Position numbers and translations under genes: made by a program. Shown here piece after piece: positions 9,074 through 18,381 of a DNA stretch of 64,000 nt. Below the pieces are notes generated by a model. That model had not been told where the DNA came from. It saw only the letters and a program-made list of their open reading frames with translations, and did not search any database. How positions within the stretch are numbered: the first letter of the stretch is position 1; every line of letters starts with the position of its first letter. The DNA comes from an uncultured Alphaproteobacteria bacterium (GTDB lineage Bacteria > Pseudomonadota > Alphaproteobacteria > Rhizobiales > Beijerinckiaceae): positions 1,753-65,752 of the forward strand of contig CAVPMJ010000010.1 of the NCBI GenBank assembly GCA_963706255.1. The letters are read 5' to 3'.

Positions 9074-9907
9074 ATGAAAAAGGTTGGATTGATCGCGGCT
9101 ATTTCTTTGGCCGCTCTGAGCGTCGGCGCCGCGTTCGCCGCCGATCTTCCGTCCCATAAGGCGCCGCCGGTTTATGTTCCCCCGCCGCCCCCGCCGCCGC
9201 TGTGGACCGGCTTCTATGGCGGCGTAAATCTCGGCGGTGGCTGGACCAATAATACCTTCGTTCCCAATTACCTCGTCCTCGTACGCCCCGCTGGTCCCGT
9301 CGTTAACCCGCTCATTGTTAACCCCGTCGACCCCTTCGTCGGCACCCCATTCGGCGCCCTGGCGGTCCTCTCCAATAACAGCGGCGGCAGCCAAGGAGGC
9401 GTCGTCGGCGGCGGGCAGGTTGGCTACAATTACCAGTTTGGCACGAGCTTCCTGATCGGCGGCGAGGCCGATCTTCAAGGCACGACCATTGGCGGCGGCG
9501 GCAACAATGGATGGGGCGCAATTTTCGTGGGGAGGCGGTCACCGGCCGTCGATTGGTTCGGCACCGTGCGCGGCCGTCTCGGCTGGCTGTTCACGCCGAC
9601 CCTGCTCGTTTATGGCACCGGTGGTTTCGCCTATGGCGGTGTTTCAACCGGTGGCGGCTGGTTTGGCGGCAGCTACAGCCACACCCGCACCGGCTGGACG
9701 GCTGGCGGCGGCGTCGAGTGGATGTTCATGCCCAATTGGTCGGCCAAAGCCGAATACCTCTTCGTGGACCTCGACAGCAGCGGAACGACTGGGACGTGGG
9801 GCTGGAACTGGGGCTACCACCGTCACCCGCAAATCAACGTCGTGCGCGCGGGCGTGAACTATCACTTCAACTGGGGCGCTCCCGCTCCGGTCGTCGCCAA
9901 ATACTGA
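9074..9907 (+). CDS. Outer-membrane beta-barrel protein, Omp25/porin family (stand-alone module)
   Basis: Signal peptide MKKVGLIAAISLAALSVGAAFA, ADLPSHKAPP, Gly/aromatic beta-strand pattern, and C-terminal NVVRAGVNYHF. Confidence 0.8.
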   Translation: MKKVGLIAAISLAALSVGAAFAADLPSHKAPPVYVPPPPPPPLWTGFYGGVNLGGGWTNNTFVPNYLVLVRPAGPVVNPLIVNPVDPFVGTPFGALAVLSNNSGGSQGGVVGGGQVGYNYQFGTSFLIGGEADLQGTTIGGGGNNGWGAIFVGRRSPAVDWFGTVRGRLGWLFTPTLLVYGTGGFAYGGVSTGGGWFGGSYSHTRTGWTAGGGVEWMFMPNWSAKAEYLFVDLDSSGTTGTWGWNWGYHRHPQINVVRAGVNYHFNWGAPAPVVAKY

Positions 9908-9942
9908 ATCATTGCCGAGCGCACCCCAAGCGCGCTGAACTG

Positions 9943-9974
9943 GAGCCCGGCCTTTGTGGCCGGGCTCTTTTTTT
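9943..9974 (+). terminator. Rho-independent terminator
   Basis: GAGCCCGGCC-tttgt-GGCCGGGCTC followed by T7. Confidence 0.8.
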
Positions 9975-10180
9975 GTGACCGCAGGGACGCCTTCAACTGA
10001 TCGACGGTGGCTTGCCCGCGGAGGAGCCGGCGAGATGAAGCGGCTACATGTCGACCGCCTCTATGCACGCTTCGATGGCCTGCATCGGCTTGCTTCAGTA
10101 GCGCCTCCGCAGCCGCGACGCGCTCGCGCGCGGCGCAGCCTTATCGTTCATGATCTCGACCAGAATCGTGGGCGTGCCGA

Positions 10181-10549
10181 TTAGCGCAGAATGCTGACGC
10201 CAGTGTCGAGAGCTTCGCCGGCGGCGTTGGTGGGCGCTGTAAATAGTTCAGCCGCGTCGCCGTCGCGATAGCCGGCTACGCCGCCGCGCGGGCCGTATAC
10301 GCGGCCGTCGAGCACGCGGCTCACGTGGATGTAGCCAGCGTGCGGACCATGCGTCACCGCGCACCAGCCACGATTGCAGTTGTCGATATTGACGATGTCG
10401 CCAGCGCCGAGGGTCACGATATGGTGACGCCACTGCGGACGGGCATACAGGCCGAAGTTGCCGCCGAGCATGGCCTCGAAGGCGCAAGCGGTGGAGACCG
10501 GGCCGACGAGAGCGCCAGCAGCTATGAGAGAAAAGCAAAGTTTACGCAC
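10181..10549 (-). CDS. Secreted SH3b-domain protein
   Basis: Signal peptide, then GDIVNIDNCNRGWCAVTHGPHAGYIHVSRV, typical of bacterial SH3 domains. Confidence 0.6.
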   Translation of the reverse strand: MRKLCFSLIAAGALVGPVSTACAFEAMLGGNFGLYARPQWRHHIVTLGAGDIVNIDNCNRGWCAVTHGPHAGYIHVSRVLDGRVYGPRGGVAGYRDGDAAELFTAPTNAAGEALDTGVSILR

Positions 10550-10609
10550 TTGAGCCTCCAGAACGATGTCGTGAGCATCTCAAACCGATGCTTCAGCGCG
10601 TGCGATCGG

Positions 10610-10810
10610 TTAGTAGCCATGCCGACGCACGGCGCGACGCGTGGTGCGGCGGGCAACTCGACGAGCATAGAATGTCTTAGCCACAAGACCATCGGAAGCC
10701 GACATCTCGACGACGCTCGGCGATCCGGCCATAGGGGCCGCCGCGACCGGCTCATAGTCAAAAAGCAATGATGCGCCGATTAAAAGGCCAAGGATTTTGA
10801 TGCGGGTCAT
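10610..10810 (-). CDS. Small secreted protein with Arg-rich C-terminus
   Basis: MTRIKILGLLIGASLL signal-like N-terminus. Tail is YARRVARRTTRRAVRRHGY. Confidence 0.4.
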   Translation of the reverse strand: MTRIKILGLLIGASLLFDYEPVAAAPMAGSPSVVEMSASDGLVAKTFYARRVARRTTRRAVRRHGY

Positions 10811-11087
10811 ATGCAGCCTCCAACGTGGGCGTTACTCACACGTTATAACTAGCCGCGTTCAAGAGCGGGACAAGCCTTTCCGGTCCACGGGAGGTGCGGC
10901 GAATTCGGCGCAGGTCGCGGTCGCTGTTTTGGCGACGATCTGCATGCAGCCGCCGACTTCTATGACCAGTCTGCTCTGGGCTGTTTGGCGAGCGGTCTAG
11001 CCCCCTATTTCTTGGTCTTCTTCTTCGAGGCGGCATCCATCGCCGCCTGTTTGCTCTTTTGCCGTCATTTCCAGTCGGAGGGCGCCG

Positions 11088-11216
11088 CTATAGATGGCTT
11101 CTGATGATGCGAAAGCCGATCACTGCAGCGATCCAGGTCAGAACCCCAATCAGAGCGTATTCTCCGGCAGTGATGCCGGGCCATTTCTGTTGGAAGCGGG
11201 AAAGGAGTTTCTTCAT
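11088..11216 (-). CDS. Flp/Fap-type pilin-like small protein (42 aa), orphan
   Basis: Not in the ORF track because it is under 60 aa. GAGGA RBS, then MKKLLSRFQQKWPGITAGEYALIGVLTWIAAVIGFRIIRSHL. G-xxxx-EY plus a hydrophobic helix matches the Flp prepilin motif. Confidence 0.45.
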   Translation of the reverse strand: MKKLLSRFQQKWPGITAGEYALIGVLTWIAAVIGFRIIRSHL

Positions 11217-11313
11217 TGCTGTCCTCGGGCATCTGTTCGATCCCATTGCACAGGCATCCGTGCCGTTCCTCGCCAGGGGTGTTCTCGTTCCCCGAGAATT
11301 CTATCCGGACACT

Positions 11314-11450
11314 TTATGCGGGATTGCATAGCTTTCTCAACATGAGCCGGATCGAGGCGAGGCGCAGGAACGCGAGCGCTTTCTGATTGAAGTTTTCCCA
11401 GTCCCTCGCGAGCCTGCGGCATCGCCCCAGCCACGCGAAGGTACGCTCGA
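11314..11450 (-). pseudogene. C-terminal fragment of an IS5-family transposase
   Basis: ERTFAWLGRCRRLARDWENFNQKALAFLRLASIRLMLRKL is a typical IS5-family C-terminus. It is fused in frame to the recombinase fragment at a shared IVE. Confidence 0.7.
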
Positions 11451-11795
11451 CGATCCTGCGCTGCGCCTCGGCGTGCGCCTCGATGTAGCGCTGGGTCGTT
11501 GACAGGTTCGAGTGTCCGGCGAGCGCCTGAACGTCCCGCAGCGACCCGCCGACGGTGGAGATCTTGCGAGCTGCGTTGGTGATGAAAGTTCGTCTGCCAC
11601 TGTGGCTAGAGCACCCCGAGAAGCCGAGTTCCCGATACCAGCGGGAGAAGAGGTTCACGATCGCATGGGAGGAGGTCTGGGCGGACCGCTCAGTGGAGAT
11701 CACGAACGGGGAAGGGCGACCGAGAGAGGGAGACCGCCGCAGGTCCAGCAAGGCAGCTCTGAGCCTTCGGCAAACCTGCCAGAAGTTGCGAGATC
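11446..11795 (-). pseudogene. 5'-truncated copy of the small tyrosine recombinase
   Basis: RLRAALLDLRRSPSLGRPSPFVISTER...HSGRRTFITNAARKISTVGGSLRDVQALAGHSNLSTTQRYIEAHAEAQRRIVE is about 85% identical to 14277-14867. The N-terminal half is missing. Confidence 0.75.
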
Positions 11796-11907
11796 CGCGG
11801 AGGGAAAGGAACTGGGTTCCAACGGTCTCTGCTTTTAAGATATTGATATTTAGCATTCTAACCGACTGGCTCGCGGCGCAAAGAATGAGCCGCCATTTGA
11901 AAACGCA

Positions 11908-14214
11908 TCAAAACAACGTGCGAAGCCTCACTCCGCCGACGACCACGGTCGACGCCTGCGGATTGTCCGCAGGATTGAAGATGACTTGTAGGTCCGGCGT
12001 CAGCTGGGTGTCGGGCGTCAGGGCGAGGCGGTAAAAGGCTTCGAGCCCATATTGATCACGATTCGGCCCCGCCGCGGGCTCGGCCCAGGAGAACGCCAGT
12101 CCGAGGCGATCTGTGCTCTGGCCGAAAGGCTTTTCGAAACCCATCCCGAGCGCGAGCGATTGGCGCACGCGAAGGCCTGCGCCGTAGCCATAGGAATATC
12201 GCGCGAAGGGGACAAGTCTCCCCTCGGGTCCAATTTCCTGCTCGACATGAAAGGCGACGCCCTGGCCGCTCGGCACATCTTCGAGTTTCAGGCGATCCCG
12301 GCGCCAAAGAGTGACGAAGTAATGTCCCGTGCCAGTCTTGCTCTGACCCCGCTTGATGCCCAGGCTGAGCGCATAGAAGAACTCGCCGCGCTCGGGATTC
12401 CCGACCTCGTAATTGGAGCCGTTGGCGTCACTTAGGCCCATGAGAACGTAGCCGTTTTCTGGTAGCGCCACGGCGACCGCCGCGCCGAAGCCAGCGCCAG
12501 GCAGCGCCATGGCGGGCGTATTAGCGAGCGCTGTGTTCAGGAAGCTGTGATTGGAGCTGACGAAGCGCCCTCTGTTCCAGACATTCGATGGCTTCATGCG
12601 CCCGATCCGGTACATCAGCCCATCTTCGCGAGACCCTTGTTCCCAGTACAGCTCGGTGAGCGAATAGGAGTATTTGTTGAAGCCGTCTGCGGTTCCCCAG
12701 ACGGAGCCAATTTCCTCTCCCAGCTTTCCCGGCGGCACGAGAGTGAAGGGATGACGCCATTCAGTGGCGAAAGCGACCGCTCTCGGCCAGCTCTCCCCAA
12801 GCTTGTTCAGTCGCAGACTACCGAAGAAATCGAGATCGCCGCTTGCCGCTTCGTTTTGCGCGTCCCTGAGCGGCCGGTCGTCGTTCTGATATTTCTGAAA
12901 TAGCGAAAGCGTCCGGTTGGCGTTTTGATATAGCGAGGTGTAATTGAACCCGAGGTCGAGCCCGAACTCTTCCTGCAGGCGCTTGTCCAGCGGTTTCCAC
13001 GCCTCATGGAGGGGCGAGAGCGGCCCGAAAGGCAACAAGGATGCGGGCCGCGCCTTCGCCTCGGCGAGCTGCTGGGCGACGTTGTTCGGCGAGTCCTGAA
13101 GAGGGTTTTCGTCTTCGGCGTCGTCCGACTCCGGGGCGACTTCATTGAACGCGAAGAGCGGAGTCGCCGCCGAACCGAAGGTCTGCGGCCGGCTCCAGTC
13201 GAAGCGGTAGTTCACGCCCGCGCGTAGCAGATGGCCATTGAAGCGGGTCGACAAGCGCGTGGCGGCGAGAAGGTCGATCGTGGAGGCGGCGTTGAAATAG
13301 GCGAGCGGACTGATCTGGGCGTTATTGAGCCGCAGCGTCCCGAGATTGTAATAGAGATATTCGAATTTCGCGCTGACGTTCGTCCCGAGCGCCGCTTCGA
13401 GTCCCCCGCCGACGGCGAAGCCCGTCAGATTGCGGTAGCGTTCGCCCTCGATTGCGGCGTCGTCGAAGTCGGAGGGCGTCAGGCTTTGTTCCAGCTCGAT
13501 CCCGGCCCGCGCCCGGCCATGGGCGACGCCGCCCGTTGCATAGAGCAGCAGGGTTGGCGTGACGGCGTAGCCGAGACGGCCGCGAAGTGTGGCGATATAT
13601 TCGAGGTTTCGCTGGAGCGAAGCGCCGGTCACCGCCCAGGCCGGCGGCGCGAGGCGGGCCGTCGTCACATTGGCGAGGCCGCCGCCACCATCGACGCCCG
13701 CGCCCTGGATATCGGCCTCGACGCCCACGACAAACTGTTCGGCGAATTGCCAATTATAGCCGATCTGCCCGCCGGCGAATAAGCCATTGAGGCGGGTGCC
13801 GGCGACGCCGGAGGCGCCGAGCGCCGAAGCGGCGCCGAAGCCCGCGCCGGTCAGGTCCAGCAGATTGGTCGAGAGGGCCGCAAGCGAGCCATTGGCCCCC
13901 CAGGCGTGGCCGAAATTGGCGCCCGCATAGAGGCCTGTCCAAGTAAACACGGGAAGCGGCGCGGACGGCGGACTTTTCTTCGCGCCGGGGTCGGCGCCTA
14001 ATACAGGCGCAACCGCCAGGGCGAGCGCAATCGCCGTTGTTGCTGCGATCCGAAATGGACAAAGGCGCTTGATGATTATCCCCGATCTCGACTTGCTTAC
14101 CCCTTGATGGCGAGCGGCGAATAGTAGGCCTCCGGCCTCAGGCGCCAACCCCCGATCTGTGAATGCAAAAAGCCCGATGTGACCGATCGCGCTGTTTGGC
14201 CGCTGCGGAGCCAC
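11908..14214 (-). CDS. Two-domain outer-membrane protein: N-terminal Omp25-like barrel fused to a C-terminal OprB-family carbohydrate-selective porin
   Basis: The N-terminal part is paralogous to 9074-9907 and 20057-. An acidic linker (ESDDAEDENPLQDS) follows. The C-terminal part has ...QYGLEAFYRLALTPDTQLTPDLQVIFNPADNP...RLRTLF, typical of OprB. True start uncertain: the GTG at 14214 is the first in-frame start, and the signal peptide begins near KRLCPFRIAATTAIALALAVA. Confidence 0.75.
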   Translation of the reverse strand: MAPQRPNSAIGHIGLFAFTDRGLAPEAGGLLFAARHQGVSKSRSGIIIKRLCPFRIAATTAIALALAVAPVLGADPGAKKSPPSAPLPVFTWTGLYAGANFGHAWGANGSLAALSTNLLDLTGAGFGAASALGASGVAGTRLNGLFAGGQIGYNWQFAEQFVVGVEADIQGAGVDGGGGLANVTTARLAPPAWAVTGASLQRNLEYIATLRGRLGYAVTPTLLLYATGGVAHGRARAGIELEQSLTPSDFDDAAIEGERYRNLTGFAVGGGLEAALGTNVSAKFEYLYYNLGTLRLNNAQISPLAYFNAASTIDLLAATRLSTRFNGHLLRAGVNYRFDWSRPQTFGSAATPLFAFNEVAPESDDAEDENPLQDSPNNVAQQLAEAKARPASLLPFGPLSPLHEAWKPLDKRLQEEFGLDLGFNYTSLYQNANRTLSLFQKYQNDDRPLRDAQNEAASGDLDFFGSLRLNKLGESWPRAVAFATEWRHPFTLVPPGKLGEEIGSVWGTADGFNKYSYSLTELYWEQGSREDGLMYRIGRMKPSNVWNRGRFVSSNHSFLNTALANTPAMALPGAGFGAAVAVALPENGYVLMGLSDANGSNYEVGNPERGEFFYALSLGIKRGQSKTGTGHYFVTLWRRDRLKLEDVPSGQGVAFHVEQEIGPEGRLVPFARYSYGYGAGLRVRQSLALGMGFEKPFGQSTDRLGLAFSWAEPAAGPNRDQYGLEAFYRLALTPDTQLTPDLQVIFNPADNPQASTVVVGGVRLRTLF

Positions 14215-14276
14215 CCACCGCGTTTGACGTCGGCTTACGGCTTATAAGCAGGCCGTATGAGATATCGTCCGGGCAG

Positions 14277-14867
14277 TTACACCAGCTCGACGATCCGCCG
14301 CTGCGCCTCCGCGTGCGACTCGATGTAGCGCTGGGTCGTCGACAGGTTCGAGTGACCGGCGAGCGCCTGGACGTCCCGCAGCGACCCGCCGACCGTCGAG
14401 ATCTTGCGGGCGGCGTTGGTGATGAAGGTTCGCCGTCCCGAGTGACTCGAACAACCGTTGAAACCCAGCTCGGCATACCACCGGGAGAACAGATTCACGA
14501 CCGCTTGAGGGGAGGTTCGGGAAGCTCGCTCGGTCGTGATCACGAAGGGCGCCGGACGAGCCCGAGAAGGCGATCGGCGAAGACCCAATAGGGCGGACCG
14601 AAGCTCTTTGTTCAGTGGGATGACTCGACCGCCGCCGCTGCCCTTGCTGGCCTCGTTGGTCAGGTGGATGGCGGTTCCGATATCGCCATCGGAAGTCGTC
14701 ACCATGTCCCAAGTCAGGCGTGCGATCTCCTTCGCTCGGAGCCCGGCCTTGACTGACAGCAGCAGGATCACTCGGTTTCGAAGTGGATGACGTGTGTTGG
14801 AGAGGTATCCAAGAGCGGCGTCGACCTGCGCCTTGGTGAGGGTCTTCGCTTGCTTGCCGAGCCCCAT
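14277..14867 (-). CDS. Small (196 aa) catalytic-domain-only tyrosine recombinase
   Basis: Catalytic Arg (GLRAKEI), HSGRRT, AGHSNLSTT and QRYI (catalytic Tyr). No N-terminal core-binding domain. Confidence 0.8.
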   Translation of the reverse strand: MGLGKQAKTLTKAQVDAALGYLSNTRHPLRNRVILLLSVKAGLRAKEIARLTWDMVTTSDGDIGTAIHLTNEASKGSGGGRVIPLNKELRSALLGLRRSPSRARPAPFVITTERASRTSPQAVVNLFSRWYAELGFNGCSSHSGRRTFITNAARKISTVGGSLRDVQALAGHSNLSTTQRYIESHAEAQRRIVELV

Positions 14868-14980
14868 GACGGCCTCCAGACTGATGACGGTTTGTCAATC
14901 TGGCGCTCGATTATAACCAGTCGGGCATGCATGTACACCGCTGGTTTTTGGAAAGGCCATGGAAGTCAGGCATCTGGGGA

Positions 14981-15014
14981 GACTGATGATGGAATGATAC
15001 TTCTATCATCAGTC
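14981..15014. promoter_or_regulatory. Perfect 10-bp inverted repeat GACTGATGAT-N14-ATCATCAGTC in the divergent intergenic region
   Basis: Read directly from sequence. A third half-site GACTGATGA lies at 14879-14887, just upstream of the recombinase start. Confidence 0.4.
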
Positions 15015-15224
15015 CATTGGGAAGGAGCATTTCCGCTATTGACCGACGCTGTTGAAAAAACTCGAAAGATGGGACGCGGCAAAAACTCGCGGAATGCACA
15101 TCGTAATAGAAAATCGGCCTCAGAAGCGGTCGCGTGGCGGTTGCGGAAGTCGCTCGTGGATTTGGCGAATCAACTCCCAGCGCATATAGCGAGCGCGGCG
15201 GGATGCTGATCGGGCTAGACTTTC

Positions 15225-16379
15225 ATGACCACATCGATGGAGATGACGAAGGCGGAAATCACGCGCTTTCTTGGCGGGAACGAACCAGCAGTCCTATGCG
15301 TCACGGGCGAATGGGGCGTCGGGAAAACGTTTCTTTGGCGATCAGTATTGGACGATCTCCGCAAGTCGAAAGGCCTGAGCCTAACGCGTTACTCATACGT
15401 GTCCTTGTTCGGATTAAATTCTCTCGATGATGTGAAGTCGTCGCTATTCGAGAACATGGAGTGGCTCGATCAAGACCCGACCAATTTTGCTCAGCACGGA
15501 AAGGCGGGCGCTAAGGCGTTAGCCGCTCGCGCAAAGAAGCTTTCCGAGTTGGCCGGGGCGCTGCCTTGGGTTGGTCAGGCGTTCACCAAAGCGCGGTCGC
15601 TCTACTTCTCGCTAATTCAGAACCAGATTGTTTGCATCGACGACCTCGACCGGCGATCGAAAAATCTTGAAGTGAAAGACGTGCTCGGACTGATCTCATT
15701 TCTGCGCGAACATCGCGGATGCAAGGTCGCTTTGCTGCTTAACAGCGAAAAGCTCGGCGACAACAAGGACGAGTTTGAAGGCCTCCTTGAGAAGGTAATT
15801 GAAGCAAAGGTTGTTCTCGCCCCAACGGCGGCTGAATCTGCTAGTATCGCACTACCCGTTCAAGATGCTATTTCCATTGCGCTTCGGGCGCACTGCGAGA
15901 CGCTCGGCATCCGCAATATTCGCGTCATCAAACAAATCGAGCGTTTGGCACGCCGAGTCGATGAGCTCTTGATCGGGTTTCCTCAGCCTATCCGCGATCA
16001 GGCCATACATTCTCTCACGCTGTTCGGGTGGGCGAAATATGACCGCGAGAACTCACCGAAGCTCGAATTTCTCAAAACCAGCTCAATTGAACGGTATCTG
16101 CCCCGAGATGACGGTAAGAAGCCGCCCCCTGAGGAGGAGGTGGCTTGGGAAAGTTTGCTAAGTAAATACAAGTTTAGTCGTTCGGATGATTTCGATCTCG
16201 CCCTGATGAATTACGTCGACAGCATGATCCTCGATGTCGATGATGTTCAGGGCCAAGCCCGTGCGCTACAAGAGCAGCAACGCCTTGGCGCGCTACACGG
16301 AACCTTGGATGCGGCATGGCGTGCATATCACGATAGCTTCGATGATGACGAAGATCGAAGTCGTACAGGAGATCGGTGA
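15225..16379 (+). CDS. KAP-family P-loop NTPase
   Basis: Walker A is GEWGVGKTF. Walker B is IVCIDDLDRR. The helical C-terminal region is typical of KAP NTPases. Confidence 0.7.
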   Translation: MTTSMEMTKAEITRFLGGNEPAVLCVTGEWGVGKTFLWRSVLDDLRKSKGLSLTRYSYVSLFGLNSLDDVKSSLFENMEWLDQDPTNFAQHGKAGAKALAARAKKLSELAGALPWVGQAFTKARSLYFSLIQNQIVCIDDLDRRSKNLEVKDVLGLISFLREHRGCKVALLLNSEKLGDNKDEFEGLLEKVIEAKVVLAPTAAESASIALPVQDAISIALRAHCETLGIRNIRVIKQIERLARRVDELLIGFPQPIRDQAIHSLTLFGWAKYDRENSPKLEFLKTSSIERYLPRDDGKKPPPEEEVAWESLLSKYKFSRSDDFDLALMNYVDSMILDVDDVQGQARALQEQQRLGALHGTLDAAWRAYHDSFDDDEDRSRTGDR

Positions 16380-16414
16380 TGGCACGAAAAAGAGTTATTT
16401 GACAATCGATTAGA

Positions 16415-17722
16415 GGGTATCTCGAAAAATATGCGTATTGGCGTGAAGGTCTGCGTTTGATGTCAACGCGCCATCGGATTTTTGTTTCGCGCGTTTTCTC
16501 GACGCTTGTCTTTGTGGCGTCGCAGTCGTTGAATCTTTGTTTTACTCGAACCTCGCACTTCAGGCGCAGCGCCTGACACGTGGGCTCACGCGGTCGCCGC
16601 TTTCATGCGTTCCAGATAGATGAAGCGTCGGATGTTGTAGGCGAGGTTCGTCATTCCGATCTTGCATCTCGCGCGAACGATTCCGATGGTGCGAACAATT
16701 CCCGCTCCCATGCCGGTCTTCTGGTCGCCGAACACATGCTCGACGCGGGCGCGCACCTTCGAGCGCATTTTGTTGGCGGCCTGCTGCGCTTCGCTGAGTT
16801 GACGATTACGATACGCTCTACGATGAATGCGGCTCTTCAGGCCGCGTTCGGCGAGCTTTTTCTCGATTTCCTTGCTGCGATAGGCGCTATCAGCCCACAC
16901 GTTCGACGCCGTGTTGCTCGCATCGAGAACGTCCTCAAGCTTTTGACTGTCATGCACGCTCGCGTCGCTCACCGCGTAACGGCGCACGAATTTGTGTCGG
17001 CGATCGACGCCGATATGGTTCTTGTATCCGAAATACGACCGCTCGTTCTTCTTCGTCCAGCGCGCGTCCTTGTCCTTCTGACGGTTCTTGGCCGGCTTCT
17101 GCTTCCAGTCTTCGGGTGTCTTGCCGTCCTTGATTGTCTCATTCTCCTCGCGCGAATTGTGCTGCTTGGGCGTCGAGATGATCGTCGCGTCGATGATCTG
17201 CCCGCCCATGGCGAGATAACCCTTGTCTTTCAGGAACCCATCGAACAAATCGAACAATTCTTCCACCGCGCCAGCTTTCGCCAGCGCCTCGCGATAGCGC
17301 CACAAGGTTTTGGCGTCGGGAACCGCGTCTTCAAGACCAAGGCCGAGAAAGCGTCCGAACGAGTAGCGGTCGCGAAGCTGGTATTCGGCCTGATCATCAG
17401 AAAGATTGTAGAGCGCCTGCAACACCAGCACTTTGAAAATCACGACTTCGTCCCAGGGCTTGCGTCCCGCCGAACTTTTGCGTCCCGCATCATCCTTGCG
17501 AAGCTCGCCCTTGATCAGGGCGTCCTTCAGCTTCGGCCGGAAGCTTTCAAATGGAACCATCGCGGCGATCGCCAGAAGTGGATCGCCTTTTTCGTCTAGA
17601 GCTTCGTAGCGTCGGTTCAGATCGAAAAAACCCAGCTGGCCCACGTCGAACTCCAGTGTTCAGTGCATGGCTGGGTTGAATCTGATTTCCGCCGTCAGGG
17701 AAACCTATTTTTCGAGATGCCC
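16415..17722 (-). mobile_element. IS5-family IS, copy A (1308 bp)
   Basis: Termini are GGGTATCTCGAAAAATA / GGGCATCTCGAAAAATA (inverted). 4-bp TSD TAGA at 16411-16414 and 17723-17726. Confidence 0.9.
16586..17644 (-). CDS. IS5-family DDE transposase (352 aa)
   Basis: Translation identical to 18460-19518. InsH-like N-terminus and the ...VEHVFG... motif. Confidence 0.9.
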   Translation of the reverse strand: MGQLGFFDLNRRYEALDEKGDPLLAIAAMVPFESFRPKLKDALIKGELRKDDAGRKSSAGRKPWDEVVIFKVLVLQALYNLSDDQAEYQLRDRYSFGRFLGLGLEDAVPDAKTLWRYREALAKAGAVEELFDLFDGFLKDKGYLAMGGQIIDATIISTPKQHNSREENETIKDGKTPEDWKQKPAKNRQKDKDARWTKKNERSYFGYKNHIGVDRRHKFVRRYAVSDASVHDSQKLEDVLDASNTASNVWADSAYRSKEIEKKLAERGLKSRIHRRAYRNRQLSEAQQAANKMRSKVRARVEHVFGDQKTGMGAGIVRTIGIVRARCKIGMTNLAYNIRRFIYLERMKAATA

Positions 17723-18035
17723 TAGAATCAGTGTGTTGTACCTGTGTTTATAAGTTCAGTTTATAACTTTCGAAATCAGCAGGTCCAGTCACGGTCACGC
17801 TAATAGTTACGGTCAAGCTAGCTTCCCGGCACGCCCTCGACGGCGGGATCATCAAGATCGCCAGAGGCATCGCCATCTATAAGACCTCTCGGGACTTCGT
17901 TTCCTACCGGATAGAACAGGAAACGCAGCGCCACAACCGTCGGGCCTTGGCCTTGGGCGACCCTTTGCCGCCACTTCGGCCATTGCGGAGCCGAAGAAGC
18001 TCACGTCGAAGCTTTAGGATGACAGGAGCGATGAG

Positions 18036-18317
18036 ATGACAACAGTACCGCGGCGGCTGCCGCACCATTCGACGGGCTGGGCTGTTTTTGCAGCGACGGC
18101 TGCATTCTTGGGCGTTTGCCCTGCTTTGGCGCAGGGCACTGCGCAAGAGCGTTCAGCCTGTATGGGCGACGCATTCAGATTTTGCAGTTCGGATATTCCC
18201 TTTGTTTCGGAGATCGAGTCTTGCCTTGAAGAGAATATCCGCCGGCTAAGCCAAGCATGTCGGCGCGAGTTCCTTCCGAGCCATCGGACCAGATTGCAGG
18301 AAGAACATTTCAGATGA
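18036..18317 (+). CDS. Small secreted Cys-containing protein
   Basis: Signal peptide AVFAATAAFLGVCPALAQG, then a C-x7-C...C...C pattern. Lies between the two IS5 copies. Confidence 0.45.
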   Translation: MTTVPRRLPHHSTGWAVFAATAAFLGVCPALAQGTAQERSACMGDAFRFCSSDIPFVSEIESCLEENIRRLSQACRREFLPSHRTRLQEEHFR

Positions 18318-18381
18318 CGCCAAGAGGTTGAGATAAGCGCGTAGCGATTTCTTCCCGCGCTCACTCCGTCATCTTCCTAAT

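Noticed and set aside
16580-17599. 339-aa ORF antisense to the IS5 transposase, duplicated at 18505-19524
   Set aside because: Shadow ORF on the opposite strand of a clearly homologous transposase. No motifs. Typical of high-GC DNA.
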